Shown here one piece after another: positions 41,201 through 55,445 of a DNA stretch of 64,000 bases. This DNA is from Amoeboaphelidium protococcarum X5 (taxonomy: Eukaryota > Fungi > Aphelidiomycota). The stretch is from positions 295,345 through 359,344 of the forward strand of contig JALDTO010000266.1 of NCBI GenBank assembly GCA_023515725.1, in the 5' to 3' direction. The notes below the pieces were generated by a model. It was not told the DNA's origin. It did no database searches and saw nothing but the letters and a program-made list of their open reading frames with translations. The first letter of the stretch is position 1; the number at the start of each line of letters is the position of its first letter. Made by a program: the position numbers and the translations under genes.

Positions 41201-42900
41201 CAACTTGACACGTTCATACCGTCATCTTTAATTCTGGATCCACCACTAGCGAGTTTGGAAACTATACAGTACATTAGAGTATCATAAGTCAAACTGGTCA
41301 TATAAGCAAACGAGTCAACCATTGGCTATATCATGTTCTCATACACCTGTAATTGGTCGAGAACGACATCAAATACTAGCAGTGGATTACAACTGCTTAG
41401 TTTCGCCAACTACCTCCCAAATTACCTCACATTGTCTTTACTTATTCTCCTCATAATCTTCTTGGTCTCTTGCACCACATCATCTTTCACGGCGGATAGT
41501 TTAGGTGACGCGTCGTACTTGGCCATCCAGTCACCGTACAGAGTGTATCTGACACTATATGACATTTCGCAGAATATATTCCATATTTCACTGCTAGTAA
41601 CACCAGGAGAGTCTTCATTCACACATAGTCCAGGTAAGAGACATTCTGATATGACGCGGAGCCAAAGTTTCCTATTACCAACGACAGAGTCTTTCATTCC
41701 AACAGCAGCCAGTTTGGAAAGCATTTGACATAATACTGAATTACAGCCAATAGATTCCTTCAAAATATTAAGTAATGGGAACACTTGTTTAATCAAAGTA
41801 TCCATATCTTACACTATCATTAAAGGTTATTAGCTAGCGGACTACTTGTTGAGGGAATTTACACCAACTAGGCGCGGCAACACACAACACGATTGATAGA
41901 GTGGACGGATAACGTTTACCAAGCAATAGCAGAACTCTTTCACCACGGCGGGAGAATATCGAACCAGATCTGGAAACTCATTCAAGATTATCAAAGCCGA
42001 TTATATATCACCAACTTTAAACAACTGAATACACAATCGAAACTTCGTCAACTCACTCCTCTGATCAATGTCATTATTATTATCCGTAGTAGCGGAATCA
42101 TCTGCACTGAATTCAAAGTCATCTTTTACTGGCGACAGATAACCGTAAAAATCTTCCATACTCATCAATCTGCCTTTAATAAGATATGCAGCCACAGCGA
42201 GAGTCAATTCGCCACCACCTTCGTGTCTGAGTTTAAACGCCATATGTGTACTCAGAGCTCTACTAAAAGATTCCAGTTCCGATCTATTGCTCCAATGACT
42301 AATAAGAGATATATACAGCTCATTCTACTGCAGATTATTGCCAAATGCATCCAACACTAGACTTAGCGTTCTATTCGGATCTAGGTTGAACTGACCAATT
42401 AAAGTCTCAATCTAAGGGAAGATATTGTTGTGCTCCGCAGCAACTTTACCAGAAAGAGTTTATACACTAGCATTCTCGACATCAACATTATATCGACTAA
42501 GAAGAGTTAGTAATTTCGAGTATCCTTCAGACTCTTCACACAACAAGTTGAACTTCTCCTACTTGTAGAAGAGACGCGTGCTGATCTTCACCGCCTTCCT
42601 GTGAAAAGCCTTGGCATCCACCAGATTCAGGTCCGCCAGTAAATCACCATCCAACTGTTATAGTAGCAGCTGTATGTCAACAAGCTTCTGCTCAAGTAAA
42701 TGATTAATCAAAGTGATTACATTCTATCGACCGCGATCAATGTCATATTAGATTTACGCCATGTGGAGCAACAATAGTAGGTCATCTTGTGGTAAGTCGC
42801 GATAATTCACCTCATCAACATTAAATTAATCAGAATTCAGTTTACTTATCCAACTTTGAATTAAGATTTGCTTGTCATCTTGAGCATTTAAATGTTCCAT
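38248..42900 (-). CDS. THO2: THO complex subunit 2, 1550 aa
   Basis: TRLFYKQEKFNLLCEESEGYSKL, LIGQFNLDPNRTLSLVLDAF, RYTLYGDW, TKKIMRRISKDNVRQFGRQLAKLSSCNP, RIKDDGMNVSSWL, YTSIRNCIIMLDKM, then a long acidic and RS/RG-rich tail to TGA 38250-38248. Confidence 0.93.
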
Positions 42901-43069
42901 AACTTTACGATTAATGAATATGAGCCTGTTCAATTAAATTTTGGTAAATTTCTGTAGAAGATAGAAGCGTGTCGGTAGTTGATCTCAACTTTCAACTGAC
43001 TATTAACACCACAGTAGACCACAACTCTAAAAAAGATGAGAGATAATATGAGAGATAATATTAAAATAA

Positions 43070-45358
43070 TCAATTCTATTTAGAAGTCTTTTCGCTGAAC
43101 TTCTTAATCAGTTCCTCTTGCTCCTATCTAGTTACCGGCCAGTGGTTCTTGTATTCCATCTGGAACTCGCCTTTTCCCTGGGTGGCGGATCTGAGATCAG
43201 TCACGTATCCAAACATCTAGCTCAGAGGAACATCCGCGGATAGATTGACATATCCATCCACAACTTCGCTGTCGTTAATAACACCTCTTCGCCTGTTCAG
43301 ATGCGTCATCACATTGGACTGAAACTCTTGAGGTGCAGACACACTGACACTCATGATAGGCTCTAGAATCTGCGGACCAGCTTCATTGTAAATCTGTCTC
43401 ATTGCACCAGTGGCAGCCAATCTGAATGCCAAATCACTAGAGTCTACGCTGTGAGCTGCACCATCCTCAAGCACAAATCTGATTCCAGATACCGGATGTC
43501 CAATCAATCTTCCCTTCTCACACGCCTCCAGGAAACCTTTCTCTACTGACGGAACGTACTGGCTAGGCATATTCAATCCGACCGTGACATCTTCAAACAC
43601 ATTGGTCATATTAGCAGCTAATTTACTCGTTTTACCACCGCTAGTCTCAGACTGCTAGGAACTCTCAGCTGACTATACAGATTCACCCTCTTCATCTACC
43701 AGCGGTTCAATATAGCCAATGATTCTACCAAATTGACCAGCACCACCACTCTACTTCTTATGGGTGTAGTTAAACGGAACTTTCTGCGTTATAGTTTCCC
43801 GATACGCAACTTGAGGACGTCCAGTCACGCAATCGACGCCATACTCACGCTTCAGACGTTCAACATAGATTTCCAGGTGCAACTCACCCATACCACTGAT
43901 GATTGTCTCTTTAGATTCCTTATCCAGGTGAACTCTGAAAGTTGGATCTTCTTTAGTGAATTTATTCAGAGCTTTTGCAAAATTGGGATTCTCCTTCTTT
44001 GGTTTAATCGCGTAAGATACGACAGGTGCAGGCACAAACATACTCGACATGGACCAGTTCAATGTACCATCAGTAAATGAATCACCAGAGGCGCATTCAA
44101 CACCAAAGATGGCACCAATCTCACCAGCGGGCAACTCATCAACTTCTTCCATCTCATCACTGTGCATACGTACCAACTTTGACAACTTGACTTTCTTACC
44201 CGTGCGAGTATTAACCAACTACATCCCCTTCCTAAGAACGCCTTGATATATACGCATATAAGTCAGCTATCCAAACTTGGTATCCTCCAGCTTAAACGCT
44301 AATGATACCATACTCTAAATCCTGTCCGGAACCAATGTAACTTCCGACTCATTACTATCGATATCAACACCTTTATTGACCTTTTCAGCTGGATTAGGCA
44401 AGTAATCAATCACCGCATTCAGAAGAGGCTACACAGACTTGTTCTTGAATGCTGATCCTAGCAAGATTGGAGTAAACTTCAGGCTGATCGTTGCTCTCCT
44501 AATCGCAGCTTTCAACTACTCCACCGATGGCTCCACTTCTTCAATAAATAAATCGGCAATCTCATCATCGCACTCTGCCAGTGAGGCAATGAGTTCAGCT
44601 CTCTTCTCCATGGCCATTTCCTTCAAATCATCAGGAATGTCAGCGACGCGCAAAGTCTCACCATTACTGCCGTCATTGTGCACAGCCTTCATCTGCACGA
44701 GATCTACAACACCGGCGAATGCTTCCTCAGCCCCGATAGGTATCTGAGTAAGAGCACACATCATTCCATTGGCGTGGAATAGCTTCTTTCTCATCATGTC
44801 AACCACTCGATACGGATTAGCTCCCATGCGATCCATCTTATTGATGAATGTGATTCTAGGAACATTGTACCTTCTCATCTAACGATCCACAGTCTAAGTT
44901 TATGACTAAACACCACCAACACTACACAGCACTAGAATCGCGCCATCCAGAACGCGTAAAGCACGCTCCACCTCTATGGTGAAATCAACGTGTCCCGGAG
45001 TATCAATGATATTCAAGCTATTACCATTCCATCTGGCATACGTGGCAGCACTCTAGATAGTGATACCTTTCTCTCGCTCGAGGTCCATGCTATCCATTTT
45101 GGCGCCCACTCCATCTTTGCCTTTCACGTCATGGATGGCCGAGATACGACCAGTGTAGTAGAGAATACGCTCAGTCAGCGTAGTCTTTCCTGAATCGATA
45201 TGCGCGGATATACCGATATTTCTAAGCTTTGATAATCTAAACAGTTCATCGGCAGATGGTTTATCACGAGCAAGTGATTGTTCTACCACAGATTTTTATG
45301 CTGTAGCAGCAGACGCGAACCGTCTCCAGATCTTGATAGTCAATGATGTTTTCAGCAT
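43070..45358 (-). CDS. MEF1: Mitochondrial elongation factor G1, 762 aa
   Basis: [94 protein letters not shown]. Presequence-like [16 protein letters not shown]. Confidence 0.97.
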
Positions 45359-45455
45359 TTTTGTTGATCAGTCAAACGAGAAGGAAACTACAGTACAGTA
45401 TTAAGGCGAAAGAGGTGAAGACAGTAAAGAGAATAAAGAGCATATTAAACGAAAT

Positions 45456-47174
45456 TCATTTTCTAGTAATCATATCAGTCAACTTCTTTTGCTTCTTGCT
45501 TTTACTGCTAGTAGTAGATGATTAGGATGCTTATGATCTTTTCTATCCGCTGACACTACTTGATGCGGTTTAATCAGCGGTCGTCTCAAAGTCATTTGAA
45601 TGTTCATCTTTCGAACCACCGAGCAGAGTTACATCTTTCTGGTCACCCATGATATGCAAGGCGTAAGCCTACTTCATCTTGTCAATATTCTCCTTTCTCA
45701 CAATATCATGATCAACAATCGGACGCGGATAATCTACACCAATAATACAACCAGCTTTCTTCTGCATCTCTTTCGGCATCTTCCACGGCTGATAGATGAA
45801 ATTCAACGGGACATTCTTCAATACGGGCAAGTATCGTTTGATATACACACCTTCCTTATCATACTGCTGACCAAAACTGATCGGGCTATAAATTCTAAAG
45901 TACTGATGAAAGAAGGCTGATGCTGATAGCCACATCCAATTACCAGCATTCAAGGCGTAATCAGCGTCCAACAGAAGTTCCTCAAAAACCTCAACACCCC
46001 GCTCCCAACTCACGTATAGATCGCCTCTAGTCAGAAAACATGCCACTGAATGTCTGGCCAGGTGGTGGATCCATCCTTCCTAACGTAGCTAAGTCATAAT
46101 CGCATCAATCCACGGATAGCCAGTCTTTGCATCGCGCCACGCTTCAAACAACTCCTTCTCCTTCAAATCAACTGGTTAATCTGGTCTGTACTTCCATGGT
46201 ATTTATAAGCACACCGGATTCCCCATCATTTTGTGAAAATTTGGATTCACAGAGCTGGCAGTGTAAAAGAATTCACGCCAGAACAGCTGTCCAAGCAGAG
46301 ATACTGGCGGCTTAGTGTAGTTTTTACGCTATTTACACACAGCCATCAAGTCATGGTAAAACTTACGCGATGAGAGACACCCAAACTTCAAATATGGGCT
46401 CAAAACTGTGGTAGATGCAGGTTTAAAAGCAGCAGGACTAGTTTTGGGCTTTTCAAAAGTCACAACTTTATCGACCTAGGCCAAAAACTACTCCAGTCTA
46501 TAGAGGGCCTCCTATTCGCCACCCTTATGCCTGCGTACTTTCTCCTCATCAGATAGTTCAGCGCCAATTAATTCACTCAGACTTGGAGGCATAAATTCAT
46601 TCTACTTGTCCATGCCAGGAATTTAGTTTAATGCCTTAGATACTACCTCATCAGACAATTAAGTAAGAGATTCAATAGCATCAGCGCACTTTCCAACCTC
46701 AATTCGCGACACTATATCCGTGAAAGATCTATAAGTGAGCGGAGCCTTGCCTTTATTCATATCTACCACCTGCTTGGTATCAAAGAGCGTGTGCCCAACA
46801 TTTCGATGCACAAATACTTTGTTCTATTGAGCCAATTTCTCAATGTCAGCATCACGTTCCACGGCATAAGGCTCAGTGTCCACTTCAAAGTACAGCGATT
46901 GAAACTGCTGGGATTCAAACAGGCGAGTAAATGTATCATGCGGATTTCCTCTAATCACATAAAGCCTACTACCAAGTGCTCTCAGTAACCTGTCCAAATC
47001 CAGAAGCGACTCTTGCAAGAATATCCATCTGTTTCTTCCAACTCTGGCGTGTTTTACAAAATATGGATCCAGTATGAACAATGGAAGGACGCCCGAACCA
47101 TCCTTGGCTGCCTAAAGAAGTCCTTCATTATCGTGTATACGAAGCGCTTTCCTAAACCAATATATTGATACCAT
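45456..47174 (-). CDS. (6-4) photolyase / animal-like cryptochrome family flavoprotein, 572 aa
   Basis: [91 protein letters not shown]. There is a basic C-terminal tail. Confidence 0.95.
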
Positions 47175-48567
47175 AATTATAACAATATTCCTTAAATTTT
47201 AAAGCTCTTTCTTGACTGATATAATTGTTAGAAGAGCGAGCACTATTAATGATGACGTATTGTGCGCGTTTCACAATTTTTCACCTACCACTGCATTACC
47301 AAGGAGGCCTTGAGCTAGAGCGGAAAGTCAGTCTAACGCAAATCGCGCGCTCCATTAAGCTGCTTTTGGAGTTGAAACAAAAACAAACAAACAAATAACT
47401 ATGGCGCTGAATATGATGATCAAACAATCAATCTTAAATCTATCCAAGATACCTGCCTACCATTAAAGCTTGTTTCTATCCCTCTATCTCACCATCTGTA
47501 TATTTTGTAATTTTATAATTGTTTCACCGCTTAAACAATAGAAATCACTATTTTGAATTCGTATCATGAACAGCAAGGATAAGAAAATATCTAGGATTGA
47601 TAGATGCTTGCCACGGAATTGCTGTTGCTGCATTTCATTAAGAACTGGCATTCTGACTGTCATTGTCTTGAACAGCGTAAGTTTTAATTTATCATTACTG
47701 TTTTGAACTATTACACTGCTAGTGAATGTAGATTGTCTAAATAGTGCTTTTGGCAAGCTTTTACAAGTATCAATTCACTTTGGGCGGTTTAGTTTGGATG
47801 GCTATCATCAGTGCCGTATCATTGGCAATTTATATTCTTGGTTTCATCGGAATTGTGAATTAGAAGAGGTTCCTACTTCGCATATTCACCTACTGGTACT
47901 CTATCATTGAACTCGGATTAACAATAGCCAATATTGTGTTGCTACCAGCTTTTCTAAATATGGGTGAGGCTGTGGATGCATGCTCAAAACAGTTGAACTA
48001 AACGGCCATTGTTAGAACACCTGACGAGATAAACTCAATCTGCGTCACAGCCACTAACACGTCAATTGCTTTTGGCATTTTAATTCCAACAATCTGGAAG
48101 TTTTACATCTCTGCCGTTGTCTGGAGTAAGTTTGTATTTTTGTTTTAAATAGTCGATAATTAACCGCGTATTGTAAATAAATGTAGGTTATTGGAAGCAA
48201 ATCAAGAATAATAGAACGGACACGGAAGGTATACCCCTTGGTGCTTCTGCTATTTGACACTGATGATGGCCTTTTGTGAATAAGTATGACTGTACTCTAT
48301 ATGATTAAATATAAAAATCTTGATTAAGATCGCGACCACAATTTTTAACTTTATCAATTGACGACATATAGAACTCTTGACAACTGATCATAATAAGAGA
48401 TTCGTTACCAAGAGCTCGTGACTAAAATTCGAGAAGAGAATTTTTGAGCTTTTCTTTCGATTTCGATCGCTCTCTCTTTTCCTTCATTTAGGACTTTTCG
48501 GCGCTGAGAATTTTAATTTTCTACAGAATCTGAGTAAAAGATATACACAAATACATTAGCATTAGAT

Positions 48568-49089
48568 ATGCCTAGAAGAAATCGCGCTGCCCCTTCACGC
48601 TCTGCATCATCATCGTCCTCATCTAGACCATCTGCTTTTGCATCTAGCGATAGTCGTAGAGAGAATAGAAAGCCTGCTCAGTAGACTCCTGCACCGGCAC
48701 AGAATGCTCAGCCGCCAATGATGTAATCTACTCCAATGTCCCAGCCGGCGCCATATCAGTAGCCTTAGTAGCCAAGTCTGCTTGGACAGGTAGCTTCTAC
48801 TGCTGCCGGTGTTGCTATTGGACACTCTGTGGGACATGCTATCACTGGAATGTTTAGCGGTGGCTCTAGAGAGGCGGCACCTGTGGACAATTATTAGTAG
48901 TAATAGTAGCAACAGTAACAGCCTACCACCACTCAAAGCTCTTATGCAGTGGATGCATGTGAGGGTGATAACAAGGCCCTGCTCAAGTGTCTGGAATAGC
49001 ATCCTAATGATATCGGAACGTGCCAAATGTACTTTGACATGCTCAACGAGTGCCGTAGATCTGTTCAGGATAATGTTCGCTTTGCTTGA
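48568..49089 (+). CDS. MIX17: Mitochondrial CHCH-domain protein MIX17/CHCHD2-CHCHD10 family, 173 aa
   Basis: MPRRNR..., [28 protein letters not shown], and twin CX9C ([11 protein letters not shown]...[11 protein letters not shown]). Confidence 0.94.
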
Positions 49090-49239
49090 GGTTAATGTGC
49101 GATGAACGTCAACAATTAATTCGGTGACATGGACAGTGAGCGATCAACGCCTTACTATGAATAAAATCTTTATTATATATACAGTTGCTAAATTCTCAAT
49201 TTTCCGTCATCAATTATGCAAACAATCATATCATTCATG

Positions 49240-51978
49240 TCAATCAAATCTATAACTTTACTCTCTCTTGAATGCCAACTCCATCATTAGTGATTCGAAT
49301 GCTCTGTCAAATGCTTTATCATAAGTGTTGGGAACGTGCTCAAGCAGAGCTGTACGCCGAACTAGAAACTCTTTGAAATTCTCAGCGGTGGACTTTTCAA
49401 CCAGCACGCCTTTATAAGTCTTGGCCTTCTTCTTCATTTCGGGTGTGAACAAGTTGATCGAAGGCAACTTCATGTTACTTTTCAATGATGTCGATGACGA
49501 CGACGAGGTACTGCCCAGGGTATTATGGCTATTGAGCGGTAAACTCACGGATTTCACCAGCTGTCTACTATTCTTCCAAGTCTAGTCTTTATACATAGCA
49601 TTTATAAACATTGCAGAACGCGTAGAAGAGACAGATTCTTCATTCACCTCAATCATATCATCCAGTAACTCATCAACATCGGGGTACTTGGGCATCATGG
49701 ACTAATACGGCCGTCGTTCCCTCTCATCATAGTACATGTGATAAATGGTGCCAGCAAGAGCCAGTTTTATATTCTCCATCTTGGGATCCCTAGGATGGAG
49801 AATAGAATCGCGAACATGGTCCAATTCTGCAAACATCAACTTAAGTTTCTCCTTGTCAGACCAGAGCTGCGTACTATTACTACTAGTCTTTTAATTGGAT
49901 GAGTTCTAGTTACTGTCGACACCGCTGCTATTGCTATTACCACCAAATGGTATAATCGATGTAAGCCAATTGTTCTTTTTAGACAATCCTCGAATGTACT
50001 TGTCAATTTCCAGCACCTCTGTAAGCATAATTTTGAAATCCATTATATGACCATATGACATGCGACACACAGCATCATCTTCTAGAATGAATGTGTCAAT
50101 AACATCCAGATACCGTTTTGATATACTCTCAGATACAACTGGTGGAGGCGCGTAAGAATAGCAATGTACTCTTAGAGGACGCTATTGACTAGAGAGTCGA
50201 TTGAGCTCATTCAAGCGATCTTGCATCATCATAGTTAGCATTGCAGCAGTTGCTCCGCCCAGAGAGTGACCAATCACGTTAATATTCTGGATATTGTGCT
50301 GGTCTGCAAGCTTAATGATACGAGGAACCACATTGTCCATAAATCGTTAAGCAGCCAGCATAATGCCACCATGAACAAACCCATCCTTCCACGGAGTGTA
50401 ATCACAAGCAAGATCCGTGAGGGCATCGATAGTGCTCATAGTTCCGCGGATACACATTGCAATAGAGTTTGTGAAAGAGTCTTTGACAACAAAATAGCTG
50501 GGACGATAGAGACCAACGTAATTCAGAGAGAAATCCAACATGACATCCTCAGTCAAATTCAAATACTCCATCACAGTCTTTCGATCGGCATCTTTACGCG
50601 CACTGTCCCGTACTATGCCCTGTCCTTTGCCAAAGAAGTTCAATCCTTTCCATCCATATGTGGCCAGAGCAAATCTGTAAAACTATCTGCCAGTCTGAAT
50701 TTTGTCCAAATCTTTCACAATATCACCTCCATAAAGGCCTTTAGACTCGGAGATATCACTGCGTATTGACTACAATTAATCTTTGTAATAAAAGTACTTC
50801 TCCAACAACAAATATCCTTTAATGAAATCCGCGTTACTTATACTGGAACCTTAATTCAGAGCCTAAAACATATTCTATATACCTTGAATAGCTTTAAAAG
50901 TCTCCTCCGACAGAATAACCGACCCAATCTGCTGGAATATAGTCTTACCACCACCACTAGATTCATCCATTAATTCAGTATAGCTTTTGTTCATCTGTAC
51001 ATCTTACGTAATTATACTACGTCCTAAGTGATGACCATCTTCCTCATCCGAAGAGGAGGAGGCATTATTAATCAAATCCAGCTAATTTTCTTTAAAAGTA
51101 CTAAGCTAATCAAATTGATGATCCACTACGACTTACACGGCTCCAATATTAAACTAATCTTGATCATGATGTTATTAATCTTGACCACCCTGCGAAAGCT
51201 TTCTCAATCTGCTCCGCTACCGAACCTATTGATAATGTGAGGGAGTAACCAATTCGAACCAACTTAAGAACTATGTGGGAACATCTTTCAGAAGCGATAA
51301 TTTCAACTCGGCGCGACCAAGAAGTAGAGGACTGAGCATGAATCTACTCTAATATAGATCAATGCAGAGCGTATTAAACAGCAACGAATGATATGGAACA
51401 TGGAATGTGAAGCTCTCATTCCATTCCAGCTCTTGATCAAGACGCAAAGTCTAGCCATGCTACTATGAAGTGATAGACTATTTCTAAATGTTACTACCAC
51501 CAAAACCAGCAGTGCCACTAGATCCAGCTACGACTTGAATCGTCGAAGTGTCAAATGACTAATGGCCAATCATCAATCGGAGAAATAGCGCGGCGGTCAT
51601 GGGCTTTTATAGCCGCAACTTTCTCACAGAAATCTTCATCAACTCCTTGGACAATTTCATATTTATCATCACTGGTTTATCGTCCTTCAGAGTAGAGCTA
51701 GTAAGTACAATATCACCACCTTATTTCCCCACCAAATCATCAGGAGAGGTAGAGGACGAGGATGAAACAATCATTTCCCGTTCAGATTCATCAATTTCCG
51801 AGTCATCGTCATCATCGTTAAAAATTACACCCCTATCCTAACCTTCGAATCCAACTTTCATTTCACTATCCTCACTCTCATCGACATAAGTATTTTTATT
51901 TTTATTCACAAAAACAAAATCATCGCCATTTTTAAATTCGATACTACTCCTTTACTAATCATTATCACCCATTTCCAT
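49240..51978 (-). CDS. C2-domain plus class 3 lipase (DAG-lipase-like), about 912 aa
   Basis: C2-like segment EWNESFTFHV...LLGRAELKLS...WFEL. Lipase_3 motifs IRGTMSTIDALTDL, VHGGIMLAA, VIGHSLGG, CYSYAPPP, DDAVCRMS. Confidence 0.87.
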
Positions 51979-52412
51979 TGATATGATGAACACGACGCAG
52001 AAAGAATTTAAACTCTGCCGAAAAGAAATTGCCATTTTGATTCGCTTTGGTCATCTTGGCTTCTGAAACGATTTCGCAGATCATTCTTCCTCCTATCAGT
52101 CATTCAGTCAGTCAATGAAGAGTAACGGGCATTCCGTTTCAGAATTGCATTCTCTCTTAGTACAGTGCAGTGGGTGAATGAGACGATTGTTACGCGATAT
52201 AATTGGCCAAGAAGACTGTTTTAAAAATTTTAATATTTCTTCCTCCTACCTATTCTATTCGGATTCCTTCGTTCTTCCTCTCGTTCATTCTTTTATTCTT
52301 TAGAGGCATAGTTGAGTCCGTTAGTTATCTAATAGCAAATTCATCTGGAATAGTATATTCACCCAGCATCTATATTAATTTTATTCCATTTAGAGTATAT
52401 CCTCAAAAAAGT

Positions 52413-54419
52413 ATGAGTCTCGAGTATAAGAATGTGAGATAAAGTCAGTTGGATGCTCTAGTGTAAATGTTAAACTTGAATCAGTCGGCGGACGAGTAAA
52501 AGTAGAGCTAATAGTCGTAACATCATCAACTCACTGTGTGGAAGGTGCTTATATACGACCGTAAAGGGCAAGATGTTATCGCTCCTCTGCTGAGATTGAG
52601 CAAGTTGAGAGAACTCTGCATAACTCTGCATCTTCTGATTGACTCACCAGATAGGGCGGCTGAGAGTGTCGAGGATGCACCTGCTATTTATTTTATAGAG
52701 CCAACACGGGAGAATATCAAACTGTTGGCACGAGACTTGTCTTTGAAATTGTATAGTGAGTTCTATGTCAACTTTTCCTATACAATCAGCCGTGATTTGC
52801 TTGAAGAATTGGCACAGTAGACTATTAATGATGGTTCCTTTCAGTTGATTCGCAGTGTATTTGATCAATACTTAGATTTTGCCTCGCTTGAGAAGTAGAT
52901 GTTTACTCTCAACTTACCGGACTCATATCAGGTACTTAACGACCAGAAGAGCACAGATTCAGTGATTGAAGCCTTCATTATTCAGATTGTCAACTCACTG
53001 TTCTGTGTATGTGTCACTTGTCACGTTGTGCCTATTATTCGCTGTCAACCTGGTGGCGCTGCAGAGATGGTGTCTCGTCAACTGGACTAGAAGTTACGTG
53101 ATTATGTTAGATCCGCTGGTAAAGATGCCAATAATAGTAGTTAGAACTAATAGAAGCAGGATTAATTTATGCAAGCTAAGCGTCCAGTGTTAATTATTCT
53201 CGATAGAAACATTGATCTGGCCACAATGTTGCACCACACTTGGAGTTATTAGTGCATGGTGCATGATTTGCTGAGCATGTCCGCCAACCGAATTACCTTT
53301 GTTGACCAGGAAGGTGGAAGGTAGGTTAAGCGTGTATATGATTTCGACTTGGATGACTACTTTTGGAGTGCTAATGCATTCAATCTGTTCCCGATTATGG
53401 CTGAGAATGTGGATGCAGAATTGACCAAGTACAAGCAGGAGACTGCGGATCTTACCAGATCATGTGGTGTAGATTCACTGGATGAAATTGAAGCTGCGAG
53501 AAGTGGATCCGCATCGTAATCTACGGCCAGCAGTTTGAAAGTGGCCATCTAACGTTTACCAGAATTGACTCAACGAAAGCGCATCATTGATATGCATATG
53601 AACATTGCCAGTCGACTGTTGAAGAGCATAAAGTCTAGACATCTTGATGACTTCATCGTGATTGAGGAGAACTTGAGCAAGGCTACGAAGTTGAACATTT
53701 TGGAATTAATCAATTCTGCCGACAAGGGATCTGCCAGTGATAAGATTAGAATGTTTATTGTTCACTATCTGGCTGGATAGATTGAGTTTACACCTAGTGA
53801 CATCACGGAGATTGAAGCGGCTCTGCAGGAATAAAATTGTGATACTGATGTTCTTAGATACGTCAAGAGTGTGTAGGCATTCAGTAAATTATCATCTAAT
53901 GCTGTTGGTAGTAGTCAAATGCAGAATTCATAGAATGCCTCCAATTTTTTGAATAGATTGTCATCTGTCAGGGAGAGCGCGTTCGGATCAGCACTTGGAA
54001 ATATTATATCTGGAGTTAAGAACATACTTCCGGCATCTACGAAGCTTCCCGTGACTAGAATTGTAGAGTCTATTTGTCAAGATTCTTCATCTGCTCTGAA
54101 CTCTGCCGCTTTACTAAGCTCAACTGGATTCTAGTCCTAGTAATCTACACCTGATGAGGAGTATCTGTACTTTGATCCTAAAGCTAAATAATAATAATAA
54201 AAGTAGTAGTAATAGTCTGCTTAGCAGAAGCGCGCCAAACAGAACTATGATGAAGGTTTCGTATTCGTCGTGGGTGGTGGTAATTATGTCGAGTATTAGA
54301 ATCTCATGGAATATGGCAAGCATGTTAACAAGAAGATCACCTACGGCAGTACTGAAATTATAAATGCTGACGGATTTTTGTAACAATTGTCACACCTGGG
54401 CAAGAGTATGGTGAAATGA
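52413..54419 (+). CDS. SLY1: Sec1/Munc18 family protein Sly1, 668 aa
   Basis: [89 protein letters not shown]. Confidence 0.96.
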
Positions 54420-54509
54420 ATTGAAACTATTATAATCATAACTTTTTACCAATTTACAATTACATCTTAGAATAAATATCGACGATTAATATATATATAT
54501 ATTTCAAGA

Positions 54510-55445
54510 TCACTCATTCATCACAACATCTTCAGATGCTGGTGGAGATGCTGTGTTAGCACCGGTATTCCATCCAAATTTGGCTCCCTCATTATGACTA
54601 CGCTATTGCAGTTGATCGCTGAATGATACAGCACCAGCATCTGGATTCATTGAGGAATCTGCGTTATTAAAAGCGCCATGAGATTGTTCGAATCTACGGC
54701 CGTCATCACGTTTATCATGGCCATCATGTCTCGGTCTGTGCTGACGACCATGACCATTACGATGACCTCCGCGACCACCACGCTGAAATCTATCACCGCC
54801 GCCACCACTTTTTCTATCATCGCGCCTTGGACCACTAAGACGATTTCTCATAGCTCCGCCACCTCCACTTCCACCTCCATGTCCACCTCTAATTCTGTCA
54901 TGAGACTACTAGCGACGGCGATTATTATTATGAGCAGCACCATTATCATCCTTCTTGGGCTCTCTGTATGGGATATTAAACCTCTCAGCACGACGCTTCC
55001 TTCTCTCTTCCTCGCTAATCTCAGAACTCAACTCCACTGGCGGAATCACAATAACTTTATGAGGATCCAGTGCAGGTTGCATAACAACATCCTTCTGGGG
55101 AGAGACTGGACTATCTACAGCAGGCTTTGTTGTAATGGCGGTACCATGTTGCATCTAAACATTTACACTCTGAGTCATCGCTGGAGGTTACTAGCTTGCA
55201 CTAAAGGATGCACCGCTCTACTATTACTATTACTATTACGGGGGATAAACTTGAGGTGACAGCAGCTACTATTAGTTGACTTATTATTACTACTACTATT
55301 GCTGTTATGCCAGAGACTGTAAATGGTTATACAATCGTTCAATCAACTCATCCTTCTTACCGCTCACAGGCAACTCATACTCTTGCAATTTCTCTTTCAA
55401 CTCGGCAACCTTTAATTTTTTCAAATCATCCAATTGCACTTCCAT
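54510..55445 (-). CDS. SAP-domain RNA-binding protein Tho1/SARNP-like, 311 aa
   Basis: N-terminal SAP domain LKKLKVAELKEKLQEYELPVSGKKDELIERL, the Tho1/MOS11 motif EEERRKRRAERF, and an RGG-rich tail. Confidence 0.85.

Noticed and set aside
47200-48500. Gene or tRNA in the 1.3-kb gap between the photolyase and MIX17
   Set aside because: I found only short AT-rich frames without recognisable motifs and no cloverleaf or A/B boxes.
38248-55445. THO2 and THO1/SARNP as a functional mRNA-export cluster
   Set aside because: They are separated by five unrelated genes, so proximity is plausibly chance.
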